Assembly (NCBI GenBank): GCA_050292155.1
Contig: JBNKLC010000045.1
Coordinates: forward strand, 18,757-82,756
DNA from: Arcobacteraceae bacterium
GTDB taxonomy: Bacteria; Campylobacterota; Campylobacteria; Campylobacterales; Arcobacteraceae
Direction of reading: 5' to 3'
DNA: 64,000 nt
Positions 1 to 10,117 of the stretch are shown in pieces. Positions within the stretch are counted from its first letter, which is position 1. Every line of letters starts with the position of its first letter. Made by a program: the position numbers and the translations under genes. Under the pieces are notes generated by a model, which saw nothing but the letters and a program-made list of their open reading frames with translations, had not been told where the DNA came from and did no database searches.

Positions 1-460
1 TGTTTTTCTCTTGCAGTTTTGCATCTGTTTTCCACATATCGTAGATAAGGTCGGTATTATCGGAAATTGATTCAACCATTACCGCATACGATTTTGAGTG
101 GTTTGCTTCTTCGTAAGATTGACGTGAAAGAATTGCATTAATTTCAGGTGCCGTGATATATGGATTGATATTATCCATCAAGTTATTTGTTTGCAAGGAA
201 TCCATAAAAATAAGTTGGCTTAGTACAAGGTCATACATCCGTTTTTCAGGAGGTGTAAGATATTTATAATCTTTTGCATCTTGGGTCATTTGTACTTCTC
301 TAGGGAACCATGTATTTGCTTCCATCGTATCCCATAGTTTTAAAGCCCATTCGTATTTTGCCCGTGTAAAGTTGATCATCCCGTCAGGATTACCGCCAAA
401 TGTTCTTCTTGCGTTAAGGTCTTCTTTTGACGAGGGATTGTATATTGTTTTTCTATCCAT
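1..460 (-). CDS. nrdB: ribonucleotide-diphosphate reductase beta subunit (class I R2); 5' part only, 3' end runs off the window
   Basis: My own minus-strand translation from CAT at 458-460 gives [58 protein letters not shown]..., an R2-like N-terminus. It lies directly downstream of nrdA. It is not in the supplied ORF track because it is truncated. Confidence 0.85.
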   Translation of the reverse strand, partial: MDRKTIYNPSSKEDLNARRTFGGNPDGMINFTRAKYEWALKLWDTMEANTWFPREVQMTQDAKDYKYLTPPEKRMYDLVLSQLIFMDSLQTNNLMDNINPYITAPEINAILSRQSYEEANHSKSYAVMVESISDNTDLIYDMWKTDAKLQEKN

Positions 461-492
461 TGTTGTACTCTTTAAATAAAATTTTTAATTTT

Positions 493-518
493 CAAAAAGG
501 GTGTTTTTATTGACACCC
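493..518 (-). terminator. terminator-like hairpin between nrdA and nrdB, overlapping the nrdA stop codon
   Basis: On the minus-strand RNA: GGGUGU-CAAUAAAA-ACACCC followed by UUUUUG. Stem arms are 499-504 and 513-518. The nrdA stop codon at 507-509 lies in the loop. Confidence 0.4.
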
Positions 519-2891
519 TACACATTCCATACTTCTATCAGCCACGTCGGCAACGGCTTCAGGGGACTGACTTCTTAGATAATATGTCGATTTAAGACCC
601 AGCTGCCATGCTAAAGTATAAAGTTCATGGAGGTATTTACCGCTTGCTTTATCTAAGCTCATAAAGATATTTGTCGATTGCCCTTGGTCGATCCATTTTT
701 GCCGTACGGCTGCAGCTTTTATGATATCTGTTTGTTCCACTTCATACGCAGGGGTATAAAAATTCCATGTTTCTGGGGTAAGTTCAGGAACAACCACTGG
801 AATTTGTCCACTTAAATTCTCTTCATACCATTTTCTTTTATAAACCGGCTCAATCGCTTGAGTGGTACCCACTAAAATAGAGATTGACGAAGTTGGAGCA
901 ATCGCCATAAGGTAACCGTTTCGCATTCCGTTTGTTTTTACCTTTTCTCTTAAAGCATCCCAATCAAATCCCGTATCAAAGAGGTCTTTTTCCACAAGTG
1001 CTTGAACAGCAGGTGTTGCATGGTCAAAAGGCATAATTCCTTTAGACCATTTTGAACCCTCAAAAGTAGGATAAATCCCTTTTTCAACTGCAAGGTTTGA
1101 TGAAGATTCGATAGCATAGTAGCTGATAGCTTCCATAACCATATCAATTTTTTTAAGATGGTCGTTACTTCCCCATACAAGCTGATGTTCGGCTACCATT
1201 TGCGACTCTCCCATCACACCAAGACCGATAGATCGTGATTTTAGGTTTGTTGCTTTTACTTTTCTAAGAGGATAAAAGTTTAGATCAATTACATTGTCAA
1301 GCATTCTGATTGCCGTTGGCACTACTCTTGCAATATCTTCTTTTGTATTGATTTTACTAAGGTTTACCGAAGCCAAGTTACAAACGGCGGTATCTCCGTC
1401 GATTTTCTCTTTTTCAACGATAAAGATACTTTTCCCGTTTATTGAATCAAGAGCGGTAATTTTATTGGCTTTTTTTACCCTTCCATTATCAAGGGTTACT
1501 TCCTCTTCCTCTTCAAAAGTTAAAATTTTACCGTCTTCAAGCTCTAATTTTATAAGGTAGTGGTTTGGATTTGTATTTTGAAAAATCTCCGTACAAAGGT
1601 TGGAGCTTCTAATAAATCCCGTATGGTCGTTTGGATTTGCTTTATTTGCATTGTCTTTAAAGCAAAGGAAAGGGGAACCGGACTCAAAATATGAGGTTAA
1701 GACTTTTTTCCAAAGAGCTTTTGCACTCATCTGTTCTTTTGTGATATTTGGATCATTTTCATACTCTTCATATCTTGCTTTAAAAGCATCTCCCGTAAGT
1801 TCGGCTAAATCTTTTACTTCATAAGGATCAAAAAGTGTCCAGTGACCGTCACTTAAAACTCTCTCCATAAAAAGGTCATTGATCCAAAGTGCAGGGAAAA
1901 GATCATGTGCTCTACGTCTCTCTTCCCCCGAATTTTTCTTAAGATCGATAAAATCTTCGATATCCATATGCCAAGGCTCGATATAAACGGCAATCGCACC
2001 TTTTCTAGTCCCTAATTGATCAACTGCAAGTGCAATATCATTGGTAATTTTCAAAAATGGAATTGTCCCGCCTGCGGCACTTTTATGCCCGTCAATCACA
2101 CCGCCTAAAGCTCGAATAGAGTTCCAATCCCAACCGATACCTCCACCAAATTTTGATAAAAGTGCCATCTCTTTATATCCGTCAAAAATACCCTCGATAT
2201 TATCGGGAGATGAACCTATATAGCAAGAACTTAACTGGTGTCTGTTTGTTCTTGCATTTGAAAGTGTCGGAGTTGCGAGCATCACTTCAAATTTTGAGAT
2301 TACGTCGTAGAACTCTTTTGCTTTTTCTTGCTTGTCATCTTCATTCTGTGCCAAAAACATAGCGATACCCATAAACATCTGTTGAGGAAGTTCTATGGGA
2401 TCTTTTTGGTTGTTTTTTAGTAAGTATCTATCGTAAAGTGTTTTCATCCCAAGATAGGTAAATTGATAATCTCTGCACGGTTCAAGATACTCCGATAACT
2501 CATCTAAGTCATAACCGTCTTCAAGTCCTGGGATTATTCTTCCTGCTTCTTGTCCGTATTTGATATACTCCTTGAGGTGCCCATAAGGTTCCCCTTTTAT
2601 CCCATGTGTAGCTTTTCCAACTTTATGGTATAGATCAAATAAGAAAAGTCTTGAAGCAACAAATGTCCAGTTTGGTACGTCAATATCTATCTTTTCAACC
2701 GCTGTTTTGATAAGTGCATCTTGGATGTCACTTGAACTCATTCCGTCTATAAATTTGATTTGTGCATCAATTTCCAGTTCACTTTGGCTGACCCCTTCAA
2801 GGTCTTTTGTTGCCGCTATAGTGTGTTTTTGGATTTTTGTGATATCCAAAACCTCTCGTCTACCATTTCTTTTTTGTATCATTATGGCCAT
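507..2891 (-). CDS. nrdA: ribonucleotide-diphosphate reductase alpha subunit (class I R1)
   Basis: Motifs SSNLCTEI and CNLASVNL (active-site Cys pair), an ATP-cone-like N-terminus, and C-terminal CVGCQ. Start placed at MAIMIQKRNG (CAT 2889-2891) rather than the ORF-track start at 2966. Confidence 0.93.
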   Translation of the reverse strand: MAIMIQKRNGRREVLDITKIQKHTIAATKDLEGVSQSELEIDAQIKFIDGMSSSDIQDALIKTAVEKIDIDVPNWTFVASRLFLFDLYHKVGKATHGIKGEPYGHLKEYIKYGQEAGRIIPGLEDGYDLDELSEYLEPCRDYQFTYLGMKTLYDRYLLKNNQKDPIELPQQMFMGIAMFLAQNEDDKQEKAKEFYDVISKFEVMLATPTLSNARTNRHQLSSCYIGSSPDNIEGIFDGYKEMALLSKFGGGIGWDWNSIRALGGVIDGHKSAAGGTIPFLKITNDIALAVDQLGTRKGAIAVYIEPWHMDIEDFIDLKKNSGEERRRAHDLFPALWINDLFMERVLSDGHWTLFDPYEVKDLAELTGDAFKARYEEYENDPNITKEQMSAKALWKKVLTSYFESGSPFLCFKDNANKANPNDHTGFIRSSNLCTEIFQNTNPNHYLIKLELEDGKILTFEEEEEVTLDNGRVKKANKITALDSINGKSIFIVEKEKIDGDTAVCNLASVNLSKINTKEDIARVVPTAIRMLDNVIDLNFYPLRKVKATNLKSRSIGLGVMGESQMVAEHQLVWGSNDHLKKIDMVMEAISYYAIESSSNLAVEKGIYPTFEGSKWSKGIMPFDHATPAVQALVEKDLFDTGFDWDALREKVKTNGMRNGYLMAIAPTSSISILVGTTQAIEPVYKRKWYEENLSGQIPVVVPELTPETWNFYTPAYEVEQTDIIKAAAVRQKWIDQGQSTNIFMSLDKASGKYLHELYTLAWQLGLKSTYYLRSQSPEAVADVADRSMECVGCQ

Positions 2892-3068
2892 AAAAAAGCT
2901 CCACCGTTTTTGAAAAATTTTGTTTGATTTGTAAAGAAGTACTTTATCAAAATTTACCTCTATCACAACTTAAAAAAAGGTCAATTTTATTTATACAAAA
3001 CTAAATTATTTTTAAAGTAGAAATTGGATACAATGTCTCTCAAAATTATACATATATAAGGAAAATTG

Positions 3069-4064
3069 ATGGCGGTAAAGGTAGCTATTAACGGCTTGGG
3101 TAGAATTGGAAGATGTGTTGCAAGAATTATTAGTAAAAGAGATGACGTGGAGCTTGTAGCTGCAAATGCAAGTGGGGCTGAGGAGATGATTCAATACAAC
3201 TTGCGATACGATACCGTACATGGAAATAGAACGGATATAGATGTAAAAGATGGATATATTTATATTGGAAACGACAAAGCAAAATTATTAAGTGAGAGAG
3301 ATCCTGCAAAATTGGATTTTGCTGCGTATGGGGCAGATGTTGTTTTGGAGTGTACCGGAGCATTTTTGACCTCGGAGTCTGTGCAAGGATATATTGATAA
3401 CGGTATAAAAAAAATTGTATTTAGTGCACCTGCAAAAGATGATACTGCAACATTTGTTATGGGTGTAAATGAAGATAAATATACAGGACAAAATATAGTC
3501 TCTAATGCTTCTTGTACCACAAACGGTTTAGCACCGGTTGCAAAAGTATTGGATGATATGTTTGGGATAGAAAAGGGATTGATGACAACTATCCACTCTT
3601 ATACGGGAAGCCAACCTATCTTGGATGCAAAACATAAAAGTGAAGTGCGAAAATCACGATCGGGTGCAAATAATCTAATCCCGTTTACAACAGGGGCTGC
3701 AAAGGCAATTGGAAAAGTTATGCCTCATCTTAACGGAAAACTTAACGGACAAGCAATCAGAGTTCCTACTCCAAATGTTTCAATGGTGGATTTAACTGTT
3801 ACGTTAAATAAAAATGTAACATTGCAAGAGGTGCAAGATGCATTTTCAAAAGCTAGTGAAGGGAATCTCAAAGGGATTTTGGGAATTGACACGGAAGGTA
3901 GAGTAAGTTCAGACTTTAACGGAGAGGAGCTTTCAAGTGTAGTTGCTCTTGATACTATTCAAGTTATCGGGGATAATATGGTAAAAGTACTTTCTTGGTA
4001 CGATAATGAGTGGGGATATTCTACAAGACTCGTAGATATGGGCGTATACGTAGCTACAAACTAA
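3069..4064 (+). CDS. gapA: glyceraldehyde-3-phosphate dehydrogenase
   Basis: INGLGRIGR NAD-binding motif, SNASCTTN catalytic Cys, TIHSYTGSQ, WYDNEWGYS C-terminus. The ATG at 3069 follows the TTG used in the track. Confidence 0.93.
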   Translation: MAVKVAINGLGRIGRCVARIISKRDDVELVAANASGAEEMIQYNLRYDTVHGNRTDIDVKDGYIYIGNDKAKLLSERDPAKLDFAAYGADVVLECTGAFLTSESVQGYIDNGIKKIVFSAPAKDDTATFVMGVNEDKYTGQNIVSNASCTTNGLAPVAKVLDDMFGIEKGLMTTIHSYTGSQPILDAKHKSEVRKSRSGANNLIPFTTGAAKAIGKVMPHLNGKLNGQAIRVPTPNVSMVDLTVTLNKNVTLQEVQDAFSKASEGNLKGILGIDTEGRVSSDFNGEELSSVVALDTIQVIGDNMVKVLSWYDNEWGYSTRLVDMGVYVATN

Positions 4065-4091
4065 AAAAATTTAATAAAGAGATATAAAAAT

Positions 4092-5288
4092 ATGAAATTA
4101 CAAGAGATTAAAAACATAGATATTACAGGGAAAAAAGTATTTATAAGATGTGATTTTAACGTACCTGTAGATGAATATCAAAATATTACCGATGATAGAA
4201 GAATTCAATCGGCACTCAATACTATTAGATACTGTATAGACAATGACTGTGCGGTTATTATCGCTTCACATTTTGGAAGACCGGAGAACGGTTATGAGGA
4301 GAAGTTCTCTTTAAAACCTGTGGCAAAAAGATTACATACATTGTTAAAAAGAGATATAAAACTAGCTCCCAATGTAATTTGTGATGAGACGATTGCTATG
4401 GCAAATGCGCTTCAAAGCGGCGAGATTATGCTTTTGGAAAATATGAGATTTGAAGTTGGAGAAACCCAAAATGACCCGGAGTTGTCTAAAACTTTGGCAG
4501 ATATGGCAGATGTTTATATCAACGATGCTTTTGGAGTATCCCATAGGGCACATGCTTCGGTTGAGGGGATTGCAAAATATTTTGATATCGATTCAAAAGC
4601 AGCTGGATTTTTACTTGCTAAAGAGATTAAATTTTTCTACCATATTGTTGAAGAGCCAAAAAGACCTTTTGTCTCAATTGTAGGGGGATCAAAAGTAAGT
4701 GGAAAATTGGAAGCTCTGCATAATCTTATTCCGAAGGTTGATAAGATTATTATCGGCGGTGGTATGGCATTTACATTTCTTAAAGCACTTGGGCATGAGG
4801 TTGGAAAATCTTTGGTTGAAGATAATTTAATAGATGAAGCAAAACAGATTATGGAAGAGGCAGATAAGCTTGGAGTAAAATTTTATTTACCTATCGATGT
4901 AATTGCAGCAGAAGCTTTTGATGCTGAAGCGATAGCTAAACTGGTAACGGTTCAGGAGATACCAAAAGAGTGGATGGGGCTTGATATCGGAACGGCAACT
5001 GCCCAGCTTTTTTCTTTGGCTCTAAGAGATGCCAATACTATTCTTTGGAATGGACCGATGGGTGTTTACGAGATGGATAAATTTGCAAAAGGGAGTACAA
5101 AAATCTCCCATGCAGTTGCAAACTCATTTGCTACAACCGTAGTAGGTGGTGGAGATACTGCCGATCTTGTAAAAAGAACGGGAGATGAAGATGAGATGAC
5201 TTTTATCTCAACGGGCGGTGGAGCTTCACTTGAACTTATCGAGGGGAAAGTACTTCCGGGTGTAAAAGCACTTATTATCGAGAGATAA
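4092..5288 (+). CDS. pgk: phosphoglycerate kinase
   Basis: RCDFNVP N-terminal motif, [12 protein letters not shown]-terminal motif, 398 aa, directly downstream of gapA. Confidence 0.95.
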   Translation: MKLQEIKNIDITGKKVFIRCDFNVPVDEYQNITDDRRIQSALNTIRYCIDNDCAVIIASHFGRPENGYEEKFSLKPVAKRLHTLLKRDIKLAPNVICDETIAMANALQSGEIMLLENMRFEVGETQNDPELSKTLADMADVYINDAFGVSHRAHASVEGIAKYFDIDSKAAGFLLAKEIKFFYHIVEEPKRPFVSIVGGSKVSGKLEALHNLIPKVDKIIIGGGMAFTFLKALGHEVGKSLVEDNLIDEAKQIMEEADKLGVKFYLPIDVIAAEAFDAEAIAKLVTVQEIPKEWMGLDIGTATAQLFSLALRDANTILWNGPMGVYEMDKFAKGSTKISHAVANSFATTVVGGGDTADLVKRTGDEDEMTFISTGGGASLELIEGKVLPGVKALIIER

Positions 5289-5294
5289 AAACAC

Positions 5295-6308
5295 TTGATA
5301 AATATCTTTATAAACGGAATAGGGAGAATCGGCAAGTCTATTTTTAGACTTGCTCTTTTAAATAAGGATATAAATATCGTAGCAATCAACGATATCAATA
5401 AAAATCAAAAAAATATAGCATACGGAATTAACTACGATTCCACTTACGGAAGTTTGGAAGAGAAATTTACCGTAATAGACAACTTTTTAAAAAACGATAC
5501 ACATCTTATTCAAATATTTAATGAAAAAAATATTTTGGATATAGATTTTGGCTCTTTAAATATAGATATTATTATAGATGCAAGTGGTGCAAAAATAGAC
5601 AAGAAAAGTTTAGAAAAACTGCCTGTAAAAAAAGTACTCTTAACCCATGCAAATAAAGATGTGGACAATATTATCTTAGGTGTAAATGAAAATCTTTTAC
5701 AAGATGCTTCAAAAAAACTAATTGCAACAAGTTCTTGTAATGCTACGGCACTTTTACCCGTTCTTGAAGCTATAGACAAATGTTATGAGATAGAATACGG
5801 AGATATTACCACCGTACATCCTCTGCTTAACCATCAAAAAACTTTAGATAATGGTTGTATTGGAAGTGATGATAGAGGGGTTGCGTGTAATTTTGAATTT
5901 GGACGGAGTGCTACGCAAAATATTATTCCTAGTCGTACTACGACTATTGAAGCGTGTTCGTTAATCAATCTAAAATTTAACAGTGACCTTATAAGCTCTC
6001 ATTCTTTTAGAACCTCTACACCAACGGTAGGAGCGATAAATCTTTGTGTAAGCGTAAAAAAAGAGCTTAGCAAAGAAGAACTTGTGGAGCTTTTTGAAAG
6101 GTTACAACAAAATCAAAAATATCAAGTATTTTACAATAACTTTGACCCATTAGTTTCAAGCGACTTTACCGCTTCAAAATATACATCGATTATCGATCAT
6201 AGGTTTACCGGTGTTATCCAAAATAAAATGATCAAGTTAGTACTTTGGTATGATAATGAATACGGATATGCTTCTAAAGTTGTGGATATGCTTACTTTGA
6301 TAGAATAG
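5295..6308 (+). CDS. divergent GAPDH-family dehydrogenase paralog (substrate unknown)
   Basis: INGIGRIGKSIFR, SSCNATAL (Cys retained), TVHPLLNHQ (His retained) and WYDNEYGYASKVVDM all align to GapA motifs. The STGAAKA phosphate-site region is replaced by SRTTTIEAC. TTG start 7 nt after the pgk stop. Confidence 0.75.
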   Translation: MINIFINGIGRIGKSIFRLALLNKDINIVAINDINKNQKNIAYGINYDSTYGSLEEKFTVIDNFLKNDTHLIQIFNEKNILDIDFGSLNIDIIIDASGAKIDKKSLEKLPVKKVLLTHANKDVDNIILGVNENLLQDASKKLIATSSCNATALLPVLEAIDKCYEIEYGDITTVHPLLNHQKTLDNGCIGSDDRGVACNFEFGRSATQNIIPSRTTTIEACSLINLKFNSDLISSHSFRTSTPTVGAINLCVSVKKELSKEELVELFERLQQNQKYQVFYNNFDPLVSSDFTASKYTSIIDHRFTGVIQNKMIKLVLWYDNEYGYASKVVDMLTLIE

Positions 6309-6374
6309 TTCTTCAATTATTAATTAAAGTTATCTTTGCTATGATTTTTAAATAAATCTAACAAGGATATATAC

Positions 6375-7019
6375 ATGACTCCGTCACAACTTTACATACA
6401 AGAAACCCAAAATGGAAAATTAAAAGCAGAAATAAAAGAGATGCTCTCATCTAAGGCTCTTAGTAGATATGAAGCAGAGGAGTTAATACAATTAAATGTA
6501 TTAAACGAAATAGAGCGACCTAGAAAAATATACTCCTCAGAAATAAAAAAAATAAAAGAAAATCATAATATGACCGCAAAAGAGAAGCTAGATACGATTA
6601 GCCATCTTTATACCAATAATGGATTTGAGGTAGTAGATAGGGATAGATTGAAAATAAAACTGTTTAAAAAGAAAAAGTTCTCTTTTTTTAGTGCATTTTT
6701 ATGGTTTTTACTCCTTGGGGTTGGTTTGGTTATCTATATTTTATATTATCTATTTAAAGGGGATAATGTAGAGATTATCACGGTAGAAGATAACTATAAA
6801 GAGAAACCACAAAATATGGAAGAGGAAGTAGAGTTTGAGTCGAGTGAAGAGGTTATGGAAGATGAGCTTGAAAATAGTTCTGTAGATATAGACCAAGAAA
6901 CGCAGGAGATAGCTCAAATATCTGAGGATAAAGATAATGTTGAAAAAGAAGAATTATCTGAAACATTTGAAGATACGGATATAGTTAAAGGAGAAGAGAC
7001 TAAAAAAGAGGATAAATAA
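6375..7019 (+). CDS. hypothetical single-pass membrane protein with highly acidic C-terminal tail
   Basis: Central hydrophobic helix FSFFSAFLWFLLLGVGLVIYILYYLF preceded by KKKK. The C-terminal ~80 aa are rich in E/D. I recognise no family. Confidence 0.5.
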   Translation: MTPSQLYIQETQNGKLKAEIKEMLSSKALSRYEAEELIQLNVLNEIERPRKIYSSEIKKIKENHNMTAKEKLDTISHLYTNNGFEVVDRDRLKIKLFKKKKFSFFSAFLWFLLLGVGLVIYILYYLFKGDNVEIITVEDNYKEKPQNMEEEVEFESSEEVMEDELENSSVDIDQETQEIAQISEDKDNVEKEELSETFEDTDIVKGEETKKEDK

Positions 7020-7106
7020 AATTTGATTTAAAAGAAAAATTGCCAGTCCAAATGAATTTTTAGTATTATAAGTTTAGCTAATTGATTTAAGAAAAATGAT
7101 ATTATA

Positions 7107-8366
7107 ATGACTTTATGGGATAAGGTTGTTATAATTATGGGTAGATTTATAGAAAATATTCTTACAAGCGGTCATACTTTTAACGATAGGCAAAACCTGT
7201 TAAAGTATCGGGTACGGCTGTTTAACCAGATTGATATCTTTGCAATTATATTTTTATTACTCGCGAGTATGAAAAATTATTATGTACTGGGTAATATAAT
7301 TTTAATCCAAGTTTTTATAGAAATCTTTTACGCTTCCCTTATTTTCTTTTTTATCCTTTTATTACGTAAAGATTTAAAATATTATACATTTGTTATGAGA
7401 ACACAGATGTTGCTTTCTCTTGTTGTTTTGGCTTCTGCACGTTTAAATCTTCCCGATGATCAACTTGTAATCATTTGGTTTTACCTTGCACAACTTATCA
7501 CTTTTGCAATAGGAAGTAATAGATTTGGTTGGACATATACGTTTTTAAGTATTATTATCAATGTTACTATATTTGAGTACCAAAGTTTAGATAATGGTCA
7601 TTTAACTATAGGTACATATATCCTCTCTACGATACTTATTGCATTGGTTGCTTCAAGATCTAACAGTAAAATTGAATCTGTTGAGCGGATATTGACACAT
7701 CAAAACAGTGAATTGGATAAAAAAGTCCATAAAAAAACAAAAGAGATAAAATCGTTACTAAAAGAGATAGAATTAACCCAAAAAGAGGTGGTCTTTACAA
7801 TGGGAGCTATTGGAGAGCGGCGTTCACACGAAACGGGAAATCATGTAAGAAGAGTTGCCGAATACTCAAAACTACTAGCTATGAAATACGGAATAGATGA
7901 AAAAAAAGCAGAACTGCTTAAACAAGCTTCCCCTATGCACGATATCGGAAAAGTTGCAATCCCGGATGATATTTTAAATAAACCTGGAAAGCTCACGGAA
8001 GATGAGCGCAAGATAATAGAACAACACGCAAAATTTGGATACGATATTTTAAACCATAGTGAAAGAGAATTATTGCAAATAGCTTCCATAGTTGCATATG
8101 AACATCATGAAAAATGGGACGGAAGCGGTTATCCAAGGGGATTAAAAAAAGAGCAGATACATATATATGGTCGTATCACGGCGTTAGCCGATGTTTTTGA
8201 TGCACTGGGCAGCAGCAGGGTGTATAAAAAAGCATGGGAAGATGAAGCTATTTTTTCATTTTTTGAAAATCAAAGAGGAAAACACTTTGATCCCAAACTT
8301 GTCGATATATTTTTTGCAAGTCTTGATGAGATACTTTTTATACGGGATAAATTCAAAGATGTATAA
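7107..8366 (+). CDS. membrane-anchored HD-GYP domain protein (putative c-di-GMP phosphodiesterase)
   Basis: N-terminal ~190 aa are multi-helix hydrophobic. C-terminal HDIGKVAIPDDIL and HHEKWDGSGYPRGL motifs. The start is uncertain; MGRFIEN at 7137 is also possible. Confidence 0.85.
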   Translation: MTLWDKVVIIMGRFIENILTSGHTFNDRQNLLKYRVRLFNQIDIFAIIFLLLASMKNYYVLGNIILIQVFIEIFYASLIFFFILLLRKDLKYYTFVMRTQMLLSLVVLASARLNLPDDQLVIIWFYLAQLITFAIGSNRFGWTYTFLSIIINVTIFEYQSLDNGHLTIGTYILSTILIALVASRSNSKIESVERILTHQNSELDKKVHKKTKEIKSLLKEIELTQKEVVFTMGAIGERRSHETGNHVRRVAEYSKLLAMKYGIDEKKAELLKQASPMHDIGKVAIPDDILNKPGKLTEDERKIIEQHAKFGYDILNHSERELLQIASIVAYEHHEKWDGSGYPRGLKKEQIHIYGRITALADVFDALGSSRVYKKAWEDEAIFSFFENQRGKHFDPKLVDIFFASLDEILFIRDKFKDV

Positions 8367-8525
8367 AAGAGATAAAAATAGTTACTTCCAATAAATCAAA
8401 ATAAATTAATTTCTTAAAAATTCCAAAAAAATGATATAGTTTAATGTATTTTATTATAAAATTGTTTCTAATTTAAAATGACTATAGGTCAATTTTAATA
8501 ACAATAATTGTATAAAGGGAAGAAT

Positions 8526-9059
8526 ATGGTTAAAAAACTATCTTTAGCTACGGTTGTAGCATTAAGTTTAGGAACAGGTGCATTTGCAGATGGTTTTTAT
8601 GCGAAACTCAGTGGAGGTGCAACAAGTACGGATGTAGATATGGCAAATGGAAACAATGTAGAATTTGATACGGGATATTTGGTAAATGTCGCAGTTGGTA
8701 AAAGTTTTAATGCCTTTGATGTAGAACTTGAATATTCGTATGGTAATAGAGATTGGGAAAATAAAACCCTAAATACAAAAGGGAGTGGTAAAGAAAAAGG
8801 TTTTTACCTTAATGGATACTATAATTTTAATACAGATACAAAATTTACCCCATACATCGGTGCCGGTATTGGCCGATTAAAAGCTGATGACAGTTTTGAT
8901 TCTGCCACAGAAACATCGTATCAAGGGATGATCGGTGGAACGTTTGCAGTAACTGAAAAGGTTGATTTAAATATTGAATATAGATATAGAAAAGCAGACT
9001 ATGATGTTGGAGACATTGACTCAAACAATTATATTTTTGGAGTAAAATATAAATTTTAG
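8526..9059 (+). CDS. small outer-membrane beta-barrel protein (OmpW/opacity/porin-family-like)
   Basis: Signal peptide MVKKLSLATVVALSLGTGAFA, alternating beta-strand pattern, terminal ...GVKYKF with C-terminal Phe. ATG at 8526 is preceded by AAGGGAAG. Confidence 0.7.
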   Translation: MVKKLSLATVVALSLGTGAFADGFYAKLSGGATSTDVDMANGNNVEFDTGYLVNVAVGKSFNAFDVELEYSYGNRDWENKTLNTKGSGKEKGFYLNGYYNFNTDTKFTPYIGAGIGRLKADDSFDSATETSYQGMIGGTFAVTEKVDLNIEYRYRKADYDVGDIDSNNYIFGVKYKF

Positions 9060-9080
9060 TTAAATACAAAACAACTCTTT

Positions 9081-9103
9081 GTACCCAAAATTATTTTGGG
9101 TAC
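9081..9103 (+). terminator. intrinsic terminator after the OMP gene
   Basis: Perfect 10-bp stem GTACCCAAAA / TTTTGGGTAC with a 3-nt loop, followed by a T-rich stretch. Confidence 0.6.
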
Positions 9104-9208
9104 ATTTGACTTTTCCTCTTTTTTATCAATATTACTTTTTCTTATTAAGATGACTGCAAGTGAAATATTTATATAGTTAAAAGATTATATTTATGGCTAA
9201 GGAATAGG

Positions 9209-10117
9209 ATGAAAAAATATATTGCAGTGCTACTTTTATTGAGTAGTTTTTTATTTGGATATGATGTACATATTATGTCCCAAGAAAATAGTGACGGCAA
9301 GGTAACACCAAAAACAATTGAGGCTGAATTTAAAAAAGCAGGTTTTTATATCTCCGATAATAGAGATATGAATATCCCTTTTATGAAGCAGTTTAAAAAT
9401 ACCCATTATAAGTCGTATCATCTTTTTACCTTATACTCTGTAGATATCGTAAAGAAACTGGCAAAAAAGTATCCTTCGATTGGACTGTTTACCCCATTAA
9501 GCATGGCTATATTTACAAAAAAAGGCGATGATAGAATTTATATCTCTTATCTTACAAGTGATGCAATTGCAAAGATTACAAAGATACCTGCACGGGAGCT
9601 TAAAGAGTTGGAGATGGAGATAAGAAAAACATTGATGTTTGCACTGCCTAAAGGGGAGTATGAGGCATTGGAGTATGAGATATCAAAAACTAAAAAAGAG
9701 CTTGTAACAAGGGCACAAATTAATCTTGAGAGTAAAGATTGGGAAGATGAAATTGAGGGATTTATTGAAGAGTTTGAGGGGATGCTTGAAACAAAAGGAT
9801 TCGTACAAGCCGGATATACCGATATAAACTACGATTTTCAAAAAGTGAAAAACAATGTGTATGATTTTTTTGTCTCAGAATCAATTTGTAAACTTCCCGT
9901 TATCTACACCGTATCCAAAAATAGACCGGAAGCTGGAGCATTTGCACCTTGTGCTATCTCCATATATAAAAAGAAAAATGAAAATATTTTACATATTGAG
10001 TATCCAAATGTTTATAACTGGATATCATCTTTATCTTTGAGTGATAAGGATTCTATTGAGATATTATTAAAATCCCAAAAACAAGTAGAAACTATACTTC
10101 AAGAGATAAAAGAGTAA
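9209..10117 (+). CDS. secreted hypothetical protein, possibly tandem DUF302-like domains
   Basis: Signal peptide MKKYIAVLLLLSSFLFG. Two similar segments, ...GLFTPLSMAIFTKKGDDRIYISY... and ...GAFAPCAISIYKKKNENILHIEY..., resemble the DUF302 core as I recall it. Confidence 0.4.
   Translation: MKKYIAVLLLLSSFLFGYDVHIMSQENSDGKVTPKTIEAEFKKAGFYISDNRDMNIPFMKQFKNTHYKSYHLFTLYSVDIVKKLAKKYPSIGLFTPLSMAIFTKKGDDRIYISYLTSDAIAKITKIPARELKELEMEIRKTLMFALPKGEYEALEYEISKTKKELVTRAQINLESKDWEDEIEGFIEEFEGMLETKGFVQAGYTDINYDFQKVKNNVYDFFVSESICKLPVIYTVSKNRPEAGAFAPCAISIYKKKNENILHIEYPNVYNWISSLSLSDKDSIEILLKSQKQVETILQEIKE

Noticed and set aside
1383-1592. Possible intein in NrdA.
   Set aside because: The extra segment is only ~48 aa with no Cys/Ser-1 or terminal His-Asn signature. 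That is too small for even a mini-intein. It is kept only as a low-interest insertion.
2892-2966. N-terminal extensions proposed by the ORF track: nrdA 2892-2966, the prenyltransferase 25496-25570, and nuoG paralog 1 at 31745-31780.
   Set aside because: The extensions have no homology-like sequence. They overlap neighbouring genes or promoters. Internal ATGs give N-termini matching the family, or are coupled to upstream stops.
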